A stretch of 64,000 nt of DNA from Candidatus Latescibacterota bacterium (GTDB lineage: Bacteria; Latescibacterota; UBA2968). A model generated the notes under the pieces. It made no database searches. It saw only the letters and a list, made by a program, of their open reading frames with translations, and was not told the DNA's origin. This document shows, piece by piece, positions 51,132-60,693 of the stretch. The position numbers and the translations under genes were made by a program. Numbering within the stretch: the stretch's first letter is position 1; every line of letters begins with the position of its first letter. The stretch covers positions 5,312,001-5,376,000 of the forward strand of contig OZ240241.1 in the NCBI GenBank assembly GCA_965198115.1. Direction: 5' to 3'.

Positions 51132-52680
51132 ATGACGGGCCTTGAATACGTTGCCCGGATTCTGAAGCGGGAAGGCGTCGAATGGATGGCCTGTTTTCCG
51201 AGCAACCCACTGATCGAGCAAGTGGCCAAGGTGGGCATACGACCGATCGCTTTCCGCCACGAACGGGGAGCAGTGATGGCCGCGGATAGTTTCAGTAGAA
51301 CGAGCAACCGGCGGCGATTTGGTGTCGTCGCCGTTCAGTCACAGGCGGGGGCGGAGAACTCGATGGGAGGGCTGGCTCAGGCCTATGCGGACGGGATCCC
51401 GCTCCTGGTTTTGCCGGGTGGCCTTCGTCTGAGTCAGATCGCTGTCCGTCCGAATTTCTCGGCTTCGGTGAACTACCGGGGCATCGTAAAGAGCGTCGAA
51501 GCGATCTACGCGCCCGACCAGGTCGGCAGTGTCATGCGACGTGCCTTTCACGCCCTTCGCAACGGCCCGCCAGGCCCCGTCGTCGTGGAATTGACAGGCA
51601 ACGTCTGCGCACAGGACGTGCCGGAGGACGCACAGAACTACCACGCTCCCAAACCCTCACGTCAGGTGCCCGCAAACGGCGACATCCAGGATGCGGCGAA
51701 AGCCTTGCTCGGCGCGAAGAAACCGGTCATCTGGGCGGGTCGTGGGGTTCTTTTTTCAAACGCGACGGAAGAACTTAAAACACTGGCCGAGCTCACCGCC
51801 ACCCCCGTCTTCTGCACGATGCCCGGCAAGTCCGCACTCGATGAGCGACACCCCCTCGCGCTAGGCGCAGGAAGCGGCGCAACGACGCAACCGGCCCATC
51901 AATGGCTGAAAGACAGCGACGTCCTGCTCGCCCTCGGCGCCAGCCTGACAAGAACCTTTTACGCCCAGCCCATTCGCGGCGAGAAGACCCTGATCCAGAA
52001 CTCGATCGATCCCGGCGACATCAACAAGGAAGAAGCCGTAGACATCGGCCTGATCGGGGACACGAAACTCACGCTCCAGGCGATGATCGACGAAGTAAAA
52101 GCGCAGGTGGGGGAAGATGGAACGGGTGACGCGAAGGCCGTCTCAAAAAAGATCGCGGCAGTTCGCCAGGTGGATGAAAGAATGGACGCCGCTCCTCACG
52201 TCGGACAAGGAGCCACTCAACACCTATCGGGTCATCAACGAGATCAACGAAACGCTCGACCGCGACAACAGCATCGTCACACACGACGCCGGTGCACCAC
52301 GCGATTCGATCGTCCCTTTTTACACCGCCACGACGCCCCACAGCTACATCGGCTGGGGCAAGACGACCCACCTCGGCTTCGGCATCCCGCTCATGATCGG
52401 CGCCAAACTCGCCCACCCCGACCGCTTCTGCCTGAACCTGATGGGGGACGGCGCGTTCGGCATGTCGGGACTCGACATCGAAACCTCCGCGCGGGCCGGC
52501 ATTCCCATCACAACCGTGTTGCTCAACAACGGCGGCATGTCCACGTATCCACCGACCAACTTTCCCACGGCGAGGGAACAGTATAACGTCTCACACATGC
52601 AGGGGGACTACGCGAAGATTGCAGAAGGCATGGGCGCAGTCGGCCTCACCGTCAAGAAAGTCGGCGAAATGCGCCCGGCG
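51132..52680 (+). pseudogene. TPP-dependent enzyme, frameshift ~52168 and 3' end cut by IS256
   Basis: RHER, GPPGPV, GDGAFG...LNN; sequence switches to the IS end after ...EMRPA. Confidence 0.82.
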
Positions 52681-54046
52681 GAGCTCAGGTCAATAGGTGT
52701 GTAAAAGAAATCAGGCGGCCATCTTCCCGGCTTCGACCTGCGGTCCGGTTGAGTGTTTCTGATCGTAGACTTGTTGTAGCAAGTGTGGCGCGGTGAGTTT
52801 CCTGAATCGGCTCTCTGCGACCTTGAGCGTACGCCAGATGAGAGTCGTGGCGTTCCTGACTTTCTTGAATCGCCTGGCGGCGTTTGTGCGAAGCCGAACG
52901 GAAGCAAAGGGGCTCTCGACGACGTTCGTGGTTCTCAGGTGTTTCCAGTGTTCCTTCGGGAAGTCGTAGAACGTGACCATCCGATCCCAGTTTCTTTCGA
53001 GCGTCTCCACGGCGGCAGGGAACTGTGAGCGATACCGTGCGGCAAAGCGTTTCCGGAGCTTCTCGGCCTCCTTTTTCGTGCCGGCATAGGGGATCTGGAC
53101 GAGCAGTGCGCGGGCTTCAGCCTGTGCACGCTTGGCGACCTTGTCGAGCACGTTGAGGATCTTGTGGTTCCAGCACCGTTGTTGCCGGCTCTCTGGCCAG
53201 ACCTGATCAACGGCCGCCCAGATGCCCATATTCCCGTCCGCGGCGATCAGGACAGGATGTTCGAGCCCGCGATCCCGGAGATCCCGGAGCACCGTGAGCC
53301 AGGATTCTGTAGACTCTCGATAACCGGGTTCTATCGCCAGGATCTCCTTGCTGCCGTCGCTCATCGCGCCGATCACGACCAGCAGACACGCCTTCTCGCG
53401 CTCGAGCCCGGCTTTGACGTAGATGCCATCAGCCCAGGCGTAGACCAGTTCGCGATTATCCAGACGCCTTTCTTTCCAGTCCTGGAAGTCGACCTCCCAC
53501 TTCCCTCGAAGACGAGCGATCGAGGTCGGCGAAAGCGGCGCGCCATCACCGAGCAGCGCACGCAAAGACAACTCGAAGTCGCCCTGGGAGAGACCGTGGA
53601 GATAAAGGTCGGGAAGCAGATCTCCAATGGCCCTGGTTCTCCGGGCGAACAGGGGGAGGATGCGGCTTTCAAACCGCTCTTCCAGACCACGAACCCGGGG
53701 ACGCCGGACCTTGATCGTTCCGCAGCTCGTCGAGAGACGCCGGGGCTTGCCGTAGCCGTTCCTGTAGCCCGTGGAGCTATCGACCTCGGCTCGGCGCTCA
53801 TACCACGACCGGCCCAAGAACGCGGTCGCCTCCTCCTCCAGAATGGACTGGAACCGGCCCTGGATCTCTTCACGGATCCAATCGTCAACCGTCTCCCACG
53901 TCGGCATGGACTTCAATGGGACTCTATGCGTATGTTCCTTCATGGCGATCCTCCTTCCCAACCGGGCCTCTCACCCGGTTTTGTGTGAATCAACTATCTC
54001 ACGGGAAGGGTAGGGTCGCCCTTTCTCTTTTTCCACACCTTTTGAT
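52681..54046 (-). mobile_element. IS256-family insertion sequence
   Basis: IRs TCAATAGGTGTGTAAAAG (52690-52707) and, on the reverse strand, TCAAAAGGTGTGGAAAAAG (~54027-54045); exact tips uncertain. Confidence 0.85.
52711..53943 (-). CDS. IS256 family transposase
   Basis: YRNGY, WADG, ADG, QRCWNH, RTTNVVES. Confidence 0.95.
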   Translation of the reverse strand: MKEHTHRVPLKSMPTWETVDDWIREEIQGRFQSILEEEATAFLGRSWYERRAEVDSSTGYRNGYGKPRRLSTSCGTIKVRRPRVRGLEERFESRILPLFARRTRAIGDLLPDLYLHGLSQGDFELSLRALLGDGAPLSPTSIARLRGKWEVDFQDWKERRLDNRELVYAWADGIYVKAGLEREKACLLVVIGAMSDGSKEILAIEPGYRESTESWLTVLRDLRDRGLEHPVLIAADGNMGIWAAVDQVWPESRQQRCWNHKILNVLDKVAKRAQAEARALLVQIPYAGTKKEAEKLRKRFAARYRSQFPAAVETLERNWDRMVTFYDFPKEHWKHLRTTNVVESPFASVRLRTNAARRFKKVRNATTLIWRTLKVAESRFRKLTAPHLLQQVYDQKHSTGPQVEAGKMAA

Positions 54047-55466
54047 GGCTCTATCCGGGTTTCTCAACGGTGAAACTATAGAATGACAAGGTCATAGATC
54101 GTTCCCTACGCTTGGTTGTGTGTGTAGGACAATCAAAGCGAAGGGGGTGCGACCTATGACCGGGAGCAGATTACTATCGAAACTGCTGAGATTCAAGGGG
54201 TTCCGTGTTGTCAGCTGGTGGTTTGAGGGGAGAAGCTGTTTCGTCATCGCCGTAAAGCCACATAAGAATGGTTGTTGTTGTCCGGAGTTCGGCCGTCGAG
54301 GTAAAATCGTCCGCACAATGCCCCATCCGCGTCGGTGGCGTGACATTCCGGTGTGCGGGTGGAGGGTCTGGCTTCTCTACCATCCTCGGGAGATTCGGTG
54401 TCCTACCCACGGTCGTGTGGTCGAGGAGATTCCGTGGGCGGAGCGGTTCTCTCGGGTGACGTATCGCTTCGAGTATGCCATGCTGCGCTACTGCCAGACC
54501 ATGACGCAGAAGGCGGCGTCCGAGTTGCTGCGCATCTCTGCCTCGACGCTGTCGGATCTCCTTCACCGATCCATCACGCGGCTTCGTGAAGGTCATCGTA
54601 TCCGAGGGCTCAAAACCATCGGGATCGACGAGATCTCCTACGCCAAGCGTCACAGGTACGCCACGCTCGTTTACGATCTGGACCGCTCCTGCGTGGTGTG
54701 GGTTGGCCGCGGCAGGGCGCGTAAAACGATCGATCGGTTCTTCACAGAGGCTCTCAGTCCCTACCAGAGATCCAAGATCGAGTGGGCCTGCTGCGACATG
54801 AGCGAAGCTTACATCGGAGCCATCCAGGAACACTGTCCGAATGCCAAGCTGGTCCTCGATCGCTTTCACATCGTCAAGGCTCTCAATGCCGCCGTTGACG
54901 AGGTCCGTAAGGACCAGTGGCGTAAAGCTGCCCCGGATGAGCGCAAAGCCATGAAGGGCCTCCGATGGCTCCTCTACCGGCACTCAGCGACACGCTCCAG
55001 AGGGGATACTCGGACACTCAAAGCACTGGAGAAGGCGAACTACCGAATCTATAGAGCCTGGAGACTCAAGGACGAGTTCGAGCAGTTCTGGGAATACAAA
55101 GCGCCCTGGGCTGCCGAACGCTTCCTGAAATGCTGGACGACGTCCGCACTCAGAAGTCGACGTGAACCCCTGCGAAAGTTCGTCAGGACCCTGCGACAGC
55201 ACTTCTTCGGCGTCCTCGCATTCGTGAACACGCGTCTTACCAACGCCATCGCCGAAGGCCTCAACCGAATCGTCCAAATCGTCAAGAACCGAGCCAGCGG
55301 ATTCCGCACACTCGACGCATTCAACGATATGATCTTCCTTACCGTCGGAGACATAAACATCCCTGAGCAGATTCCGAAGAGGTTCCGCACACGCTAACCG
55401 CGCCCCCATGCCAGGAACCACGGCACCTTCACCCACTTCAGCTCGTTGAGAGATCCGGATATAGCC
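54047..55466 (+). mobile_element. ISL3-family insertion sequence, complete, no target duplication
   Basis: IRs GGCTCTATCCGGGTTTCTCAACG and (reverse) GGCTATATCCGGATCTCTCAACG. Confidence 0.92.
54156..55397 (+). CDS. ISL3 family transposase
   Basis: IGIDE, CDMS, DRFHIV, TNAIAEGLN, GFR. Confidence 0.95.
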   Translation: MTGSRLLSKLLRFKGFRVVSWWFEGRSCFVIAVKPHKNGCCCPEFGRRGKIVRTMPHPRRWRDIPVCGWRVWLLYHPREIRCPTHGRVVEEIPWAERFSRVTYRFEYAMLRYCQTMTQKAASELLRISASTLSDLLHRSITRLREGHRIRGLKTIGIDEISYAKRHRYATLVYDLDRSCVVWVGRGRARKTIDRFFTEALSPYQRSKIEWACCDMSEAYIGAIQEHCPNAKLVLDRFHIVKALNAAVDEVRKDQWRKAAPDERKAMKGLRWLLYRHSATRSRGDTRTLKALEKANYRIYRAWRLKDEFEQFWEYKAPWAAERFLKCWTTSALRSRREPLRKFVRTLRQHFFGVLAFVNTRLTNAIAEGLNRIVQIVKNRASGFRTLDAFNDMIFLTVGDINIPEQIPKRFRTR

Positions 55467-55670
55467 ATAAAAGAAGTGAAGTTCGAACGGGGTCCATACA
55501 ATGACAAATACAAGGTCCAGTTCGATTCTATCGCGACGAGGACGTATTCTTTTGAAGCAATTGACAGGACTCCCAGTGGATTTAAAATCGAATGCACGTG
55601 GGCAGAGAATTTTTATTCGGATAGAGTGGAAATTGTAAAAGTAACTTGGCGGGCAGAGGGACACGGCTAG
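55467..55670 (+). pseudogene. 3' fragment of an AT-rich passenger gene truncated by ISL3
   Basis: Frame open from the ISL3 end; stop overlaps the IS1595 transposase stop; visibly low GC. Confidence 0.5.
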
Positions 55671-56548
55671 GCAACTAACTGCTTGTATTCGATATTGGGC
55701 GATGTGAGCAGCTTTTTGAGGCCATCGCGGAAGATGTAGGGGTTGTAGCGGTTGTTGAACCTGAACTCAAGTTCGTTCAGATAGGCGTCCAGATGTTTCA
55801 CGCTGACCTTGTGATAGGCCCCGATGATGCTACGTTTCAAGAGGCTCCAGACGTTCTCGGCACTGTTCGTGTGGACCTTACCATTGACCCATTCCTCTAT
55901 ACTGTGGTTGACGGTTTCGTGGTCTTCGACGACACCGAAGTAAGCGGGCCATTCGTCCGTAAAGACCTCGGAATCCTTTTCAACGTGCCCGTGGATGAAC
56001 TTGTGAAGGGTCTTGCGCCCACGATCAGAGATGATGTCCAGCCGAATTTCTCCACCGCGCTGGACGGCACCAACAACCAACGTCTTCCCTACACGGTTTC
56101 CGCTCCCCACTCCCCGACGCTTGCCGCCGATGAAGGTCTCGTCAATTTCAACGGTGCCTTCTAACTTCGGCTCGTTCTGCTCATCGAACGCAGCCCGAAT
56201 CCGGTGGCATAGATACCAAGCTGTCTTGTAAGTGACCCCGAGTGTTCGTTCTAGTTGCTTGGCGCTGACGCCCTTCTTGGCCTCAAGCATCAGGTAGATA
56301 GCAATGAGCCATTTGCGGAGTGGCAACTTGGAATCGTGGAAGATGGTTCCTGATTTCACACTGAACTGATATTCACACTTAGCGCACTCAAACTTGTCTT
56401 GATTCTGAAGCGTTGAAACCTTGTCGTGATTGCACCGGGGGCAGGTTGGGCCGTTCGGCCAGCGTAGCTTGGTCAGATAATCGCGGCAATCTTCCTCGTC
56501 CCCGAAGCGGTCAATCAAATCAATCAAACTCATTTTCTTGGTAGCCAT
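55667..56548 (-). CDS. IS1595 family transposase
   Basis: RWP..CPRC/CAKC zinc ribbon, GTIF, YKTAW, EIDE, TDE, VNHS, YLNE..FRFN. Confidence 0.95.
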   Translation of the reverse strand: MATKKMSLIDLIDRFGDEEDCRDYLTKLRWPNGPTCPRCNHDKVSTLQNQDKFECAKCEYQFSVKSGTIFHDSKLPLRKWLIAIYLMLEAKKGVSAKQLERTLGVTYKTAWYLCHRIRAAFDEQNEPKLEGTVEIDETFIGGKRRGVGSGNRVGKTLVVGAVQRGGEIRLDIISDRGRKTLHKFIHGHVEKDSEVFTDEWPAYFGVVEDHETVNHSIEEWVNGKVHTNSAENVWSLLKRSIIGAYHKVSVKHLDAYLNELEFRFNNRYNPYIFRDGLKKLLTSPNIEYKQLVA

Positions 56549-56550
56549 CT

Positions 56551-56697
56551 ATGCCTCGCCGAAAGAGAATCAAGAACCTGAAAGCCGAAGAAGTCGAGAA
56601 GCTGACCGACGACGAAGCCGTCGAAAGGATGTTCGGAAAACGGGTTCTGAAGGAACTGAAAAAAGAAACTGGCAAGGACTCAAAAGACCAGAAGTGA
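56551..56697 (+). CDS. 48-aa charged small ORF inside IS1595, divergent from the transposase
   Basis: My translation: MPRRKRIKNLKAEEVEKLTDDEAVERMFGKRVLKELKKETGKDSKDQK*; below the ORF-track cutoff. Confidence 0.5.
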   Translation: MPRRKRIKNLKAEEVEKLTDDEAVERMFGKRVLKELKKETGKDSKDQK

Positions 56698-56721
56698 CGG
56701 GCCTTTCTCGCCCTCACTTCT

Positions 56722-56750
56722 AATATACAGAATGACTAACCCTTCGTAAA
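56722..56750 (-). promoter_or_regulatory. Putative sigma70 promoter for the IS1595 transposase
   Basis: TTTACG-17 bp-TATATT on the minus strand, overlapping the putative IR. Confidence 0.5.
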
Positions 56751-56795
56751 GTATATAATCCCGCAATTTTCTATCTTCAATCCCAAGAGCCATTC

Positions 56796-57818
56796 TTGTC
56801 TGAAGCAACTGTCACCCGCATCGAACAGCAGACCCTCGATCGCCTGACCGAAGGCCTATCGCGGATGCTCGAGGAAATCCACAAAGTGATCGTTGGCCAG
56901 GAGGACGTCGTCGAGTCCCTCACGATCGTCCTCCTATCGGGCAGCCACGGGCTGCTCACGGGGGCACCCGGCCTCGCCAAAACGCTCCTCATTCGAACGA
57001 TCGCTCGCATCCTCCACCTCGACTTCAACCGGATTCAGTTCACACCCGACCTGATGCCGGCCGACATCCTCGGAACGGAAATCATCGATGAGGACCGGGC
57101 GAGCGGCCATCGCGAGCTCCGTTTCATCCCGGGGCCGGTCTTTACCAACCTCCTCCTCGCCGACGAAATCAACCGGACCCCGCCCAAAACGCAGGCCGCC
57201 CTGCTCGAGGCGATGGAGGAAAGACAGGTCACCGTCGGGGGCGAACGACGTCTGGTCGAATCGCCCTTCTTCGTCCTGGCCACGCAGAACCCGATCGAGC
57301 TCGAAGGCACCTTCCCTTTGCCCGAAGCCCAGCTCGATCGATTTCTCCTCAACATCCGGATCGATTACCTCAGCGAGGACGAAGAGCTCGACGTCGTCCA
57401 TCGCACGACCGGCGTAGAGGGCCACGACGTGGAAACCGTCTTCACGGGAGAGGATATGCTCGCCTTCGCACGCCTCGTACGCACCGTGCACGTGGCCGAT
57501 CCGATCGCCCGCTACGCGGTTCAGCTCGCGCAGGCGAGCCGCCCCACATCATCCCACGCACCCGATTTCGTCCGTGACTGGGTCAGCTGGGGCGCCGGCA
57601 CAAGGGGGTCCCAGAGCCTGCTTCTGGCCGCCAAAGCCCGAGCGCTCCTGCACGACCGAATCCACGTCTCCATCGCAGACATTCAGGCCGTCGCTCACGC
57701 CGCCCTTCGACATCGCATCCTCACCAATTTCCGCGCCGATGCCGATCACATCGACAGCGACCGCATCGTCGACGAGCTCCTCGACTTCGTGGACGAACCC
57801 CGCTCTGGACTTTCGTGA
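56796..57818 (+). CDS. moxR: MoxR family AAA+ ATPase
   Basis: GAPGLAKT, RIQFTPDLMPAD, LADEINR, ATQNPIE.EGTFPLPEAQLDRF. Confidence 0.96.
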   Translation: MSEATVTRIEQQTLDRLTEGLSRMLEEIHKVIVGQEDVVESLTIVLLSGSHGLLTGAPGLAKTLLIRTIARILHLDFNRIQFTPDLMPADILGTEIIDEDRASGHRELRFIPGPVFTNLLLADEINRTPPKTQAALLEAMEERQVTVGGERRLVESPFFVLATQNPIELEGTFPLPEAQLDRFLLNIRIDYLSEDEELDVVHRTTGVEGHDVETVFTGEDMLAFARLVRTVHVADPIARYAVQLAQASRPTSSHAPDFVRDWVSWGAGTRGSQSLLLAAKARALLHDRIHVSIADIQAVAHAALRHRILTNFRADADHIDSDRIVDELLDFVDEPRSGLS

Positions 57819-58744
57819 GCCGCCTGCCCACGACCACGCCCCTCGACCTGGCCGACCTGGCAGGCATCGAAGACCTCGCCCTCCTGTCGCGCACGGTCGT
57901 CGCCTCGCTCGGGCCGGGCATGCACCGAAGCGCGCACACCGGCACCTCGGCCGAATTCGAGCAGTATCGACCCTACGCCCAGGGGGATGATACCCGTTTC
58001 GTCGACTGGAAACTCTACGGTCGAAGCGACCGGCTTCACGTGAAGCAGTTCTCGGAGGAAACCAGCCTGCGGACGACGATCCTGCTCGACTGTAGCGGGT
58101 CGATGAACTACGGATCGGGCCCGATCACCAAGTTTCAGTATGCCCGGATGCTGGCCGCCAGCCTGATCCGTCTGTCAAACGCCCAGCGGGACGCGGTCGG
58201 CTTCGCCGCGTATCATCACGACCTTTTGGCCTACCTGCCGCCACGCCGGAGCCCGGGCTGGACCCACCGCCTCCTCGTCAAACTCGCGCGACAGACGCCA
58301 CAGGGAGACACGGACACCACCGCCACCCTGCGCTTCGTGGGCGACGCATTGCCCGGCAGCGGAATGATCGTTCTCATCAGCGACCTCCTACACCCGATCG
58401 AGACGGCGCTACAGCACCTCCGTCTCCTGCGAGGACACCGTCACGACGTCCTCGTCCTGCAGATCAGCGATGTCGCCGAATGCACGTTCGCGTTCGACCG
58501 GGCCGTCGTCCTGACCGATCTCGAAAGCGGGAGCGAACGATACGCCGTCCCGGAGGCCGTCCGGGAGGGCTATCTCGAGAATCGGCGCCGTCACTTCGAC
58601 GCGATCCGACAGGCCTGCCTCAGATCCGAGATCGACTTCGCCGAATTCGTCACACGCGATCCGTTGCAGGACGCACTCCGACGCTACCTGCTTCACCGAC
58701 GTAACGCCATCCTCACCCGAAGCCGCAGACGAACGCGCGCCTGA
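57815..58744 (+). CDS. DUF58 domain protein
   Basis: EFEQYRPY..GDD...DWK, DCSGSM, ISD. Confidence 0.93.
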   Translation: MSRLPTTTPLDLADLAGIEDLALLSRTVVASLGPGMHRSAHTGTSAEFEQYRPYAQGDDTRFVDWKLYGRSDRLHVKQFSEETSLRTTILLDCSGSMNYGSGPITKFQYARMLAASLIRLSNAQRDAVGFAAYHHDLLAYLPPRRSPGWTHRLLVKLARQTPQGDTDTTATLRFVGDALPGSGMIVLISDLLHPIETALQHLRLLRGHRHDVLVLQISDVAECTFAFDRAVVLTDLESGSERYAVPEAVREGYLENRRRHFDAIRQACLRSEIDFAEFVTRDPLQDALRRYLLHRRNAILTRSRRRTRA

Positions 58745-60693
58745 TGTCGTTCTCTTTCCTCACACCCTGGCTCCTCGGTGGCCTCGTCCTGTCCGTCTTG
58801 CCCTGGCTGATTCACCGAATCCGCAGACCCGAACAGAACCTCGTGCCGTTCAGCAGTCTGATGTTCGTGCCCGCGGTCGAACGCCGGGTCATCGAGCGAC
58901 GCAACGTGCAGCACATCCTCCTGATGCTGATGCGCGTTGCCCTCGTCGTCCTGGTCACGATCGCCTTCGCCCGCCCGTTCGGATCCCGTGGCATCGCTCC
59001 CCAAGAGGACGTCCGCCGGGTCGGTGATCACGTCATCCTGATCGACATCTCCGCCAGCATGCGCAGCGACGGCTACCTCGAACGCGCGACCGCCGCGGCT
59101 GCCGGCATTCTGGACGATCGCGACAGGGACGACCGGGTCGCTCTCATCACCTTCGCCCGGCACGCACGGCTGCTCGTGCCCCTGGTGGAGCCGACTCAAG
59201 AGATCGACCGACTCGGGGCTGCACGGATCGCCCTCGTCGGGATCGCACCGACCTTCGAATCGACCGACTACGCGAGAGCGCTCGAGGGAGCAATCGATCA
59301 ACTGCGACATACCGAAGGTCAGCCCGATCGAGACCGGGTCATCCATCTCGTGACAGACCTCCAGGCATCGGGTCTCGACACGAACATACGCGCGATCGTC
59401 CCCGCGGGAATCGAGCTTCGTCTTTCGAACATCGCCGCACCCCGGCGCAACGCGACCCTCCAGGACGCGGTCGTCACGCCCTCTCATCGCGACCTCACGG
59501 CCCGTGTACGCATCAAAAACTGGAACGCGGAACCCGACATTGCCGTCCTTCTCCACACGGCCGGCCACGAACCTGTCGAAAAACGGGTCGCCATCCTTCC
59601 CGGCAACGCCACACGCATCGACTTTCCCCTCGGCCCCATACCCGATCGAGCGGTCACGGGCTACTTTGAAATCGAGGACGACGACCTCGACGCGGACAAT
59701 CGACGCTACTTCGCGTGGCAGCCTCAGCGGAAGTGGACCGTCGGTCTCCTCGAGCGCTCGGGTCTACGAACCTTTGTCGAAGCCGCGATCCCGAACGACC
59801 CCAGGCTGCCCTTCCGCGTGTTGCCCGACGACGACGATCTCGCAACCGCGGATGTGATCCTGACCGACGACCTCGACGCGGATCGGCTCGGCCGACTCGA
59901 ACGGGGCATTCCCCTGATACTTTTTCCCTCGCGATTCACCGTCGGCCGACTCGACACCTCACTCGCGCGGATCGGCGTTCGAACGAACGGAGTGCGACAC
60001 CTCCCCATCCCGGAGCAAGTGGCCTGGGCGGACTTCGATCATCCGATCTTCTATCCCCTTCGCGCTCCCGGCTACAACGATTTTACCACACTCCGGGTCT
60101 CCGCCCACCTCGACCTCTCCATCGCCGACGCGGACACCGCAGCGCGTGTTCTGTCGCGACTCGAATCGGACAGAATCGCCTTTCTTGAAAAACGGTTGGG
60201 CGACGGCCGGCTCCTCATCTGGACGGCCGGGCTCGACCCGCGGTGGTCATCGACGATCCGCGATCCCCGATTCGTCCCCCTGATCCACGAATCACTCGCT
60301 TACCTGACCGGAACGATCGAGCGACAGAGGACGCGTCTCGTCGGCGACCTCCCCGTCGCGCCGGACGATCAGCAGGGATGGCGTCTCGACGGTGAGACCG
60401 ATCCATCGGGCTATCTCGAACCCGGCATCCGCACCTGGCGCATCGGCAATCGGACGATCGAAGACGTGGTCAACCTCGATCCCATCGAGGGCGACCTCTC
60501 TGTGGCTGACGAGGCATTGACCCACGCGCAGCTCACGGGGGCAGCACACGTGGCTCACGACGCGATCGCCGGAACGATAGGATCGGAGCCGCGGCACGAA
60601 TACGGACGGACTCTCGTGGTCTTCGGTCTCCTTCTCGCCTGCGCCGAAGGCACCTACGCCGCGTTCCTGAATCGGAAAGGGGCCGCGACGTGA
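58744..60693 (+). CDS. BatA (aerotolerance N-terminal) and vWA domain membrane protein
   Basis: PWLIH..FSSL, ARP, DISASM, VTDLQ, DNRRY. Confidence 0.88.
   Translation: MSFSFLTPWLLGGLVLSVLPWLIHRIRRPEQNLVPFSSLMFVPAVERRVIERRNVQHILLMLMRVALVVLVTIAFARPFGSRGIAPQEDVRRVGDHVILIDISASMRSDGYLERATAAAAGILDDRDRDDRVALITFARHARLLVPLVEPTQEIDRLGAARIALVGIAPTFESTDYARALEGAIDQLRHTEGQPDRDRVIHLVTDLQASGLDTNIRAIVPAGIELRLSNIAAPRRNATLQDAVVTPSHRDLTARVRIKNWNAEPDIAVLLHTAGHEPVEKRVAILPGNATRIDFPLGPIPDRAVTGYFEIEDDDLDADNRRYFAWQPQRKWTVGLLERSGLRTFVEAAIPNDPRLPFRVLPDDDDLATADVILTDDLDADRLGRLERGIPLILFPSRFTVGRLDTSLARIGVRTNGVRHLPIPEQVAWADFDHPIFYPLRAPGYNDFTTLRVSAHLDLSIADADTAARVLSRLESDRIAFLEKRLGDGRLLIWTAGLDPRWSSTIRDPRFVPLIHESLAYLTGTIERQRTRLVGDLPVAPDDQQGWRLDGETDPSGYLEPGIRTWRIGNRTIEDVVNLDPIEGDLSVADEALTHAQLTGAAHVAHDAIAGTIGSEPRHEYGRTLVVFGLLLACAEGTYAAFLNRKGAAT

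Larger units (their letters stand above)
55467..56762 (-). mobile_element. IS1595-family element, one end missing
   Basis: Transposase plus putative terminus GTAAAGTATATAATCCC (56746-56762); no matching IR seen to the left. Confidence 0.7.

Noticed and set aside
56520-56723. Track ORFs 56520-56717(-) and 56538-56723(+)
   Set aside because: They overlap the transposase start and look less protein-like than the 56551-56697 frame.
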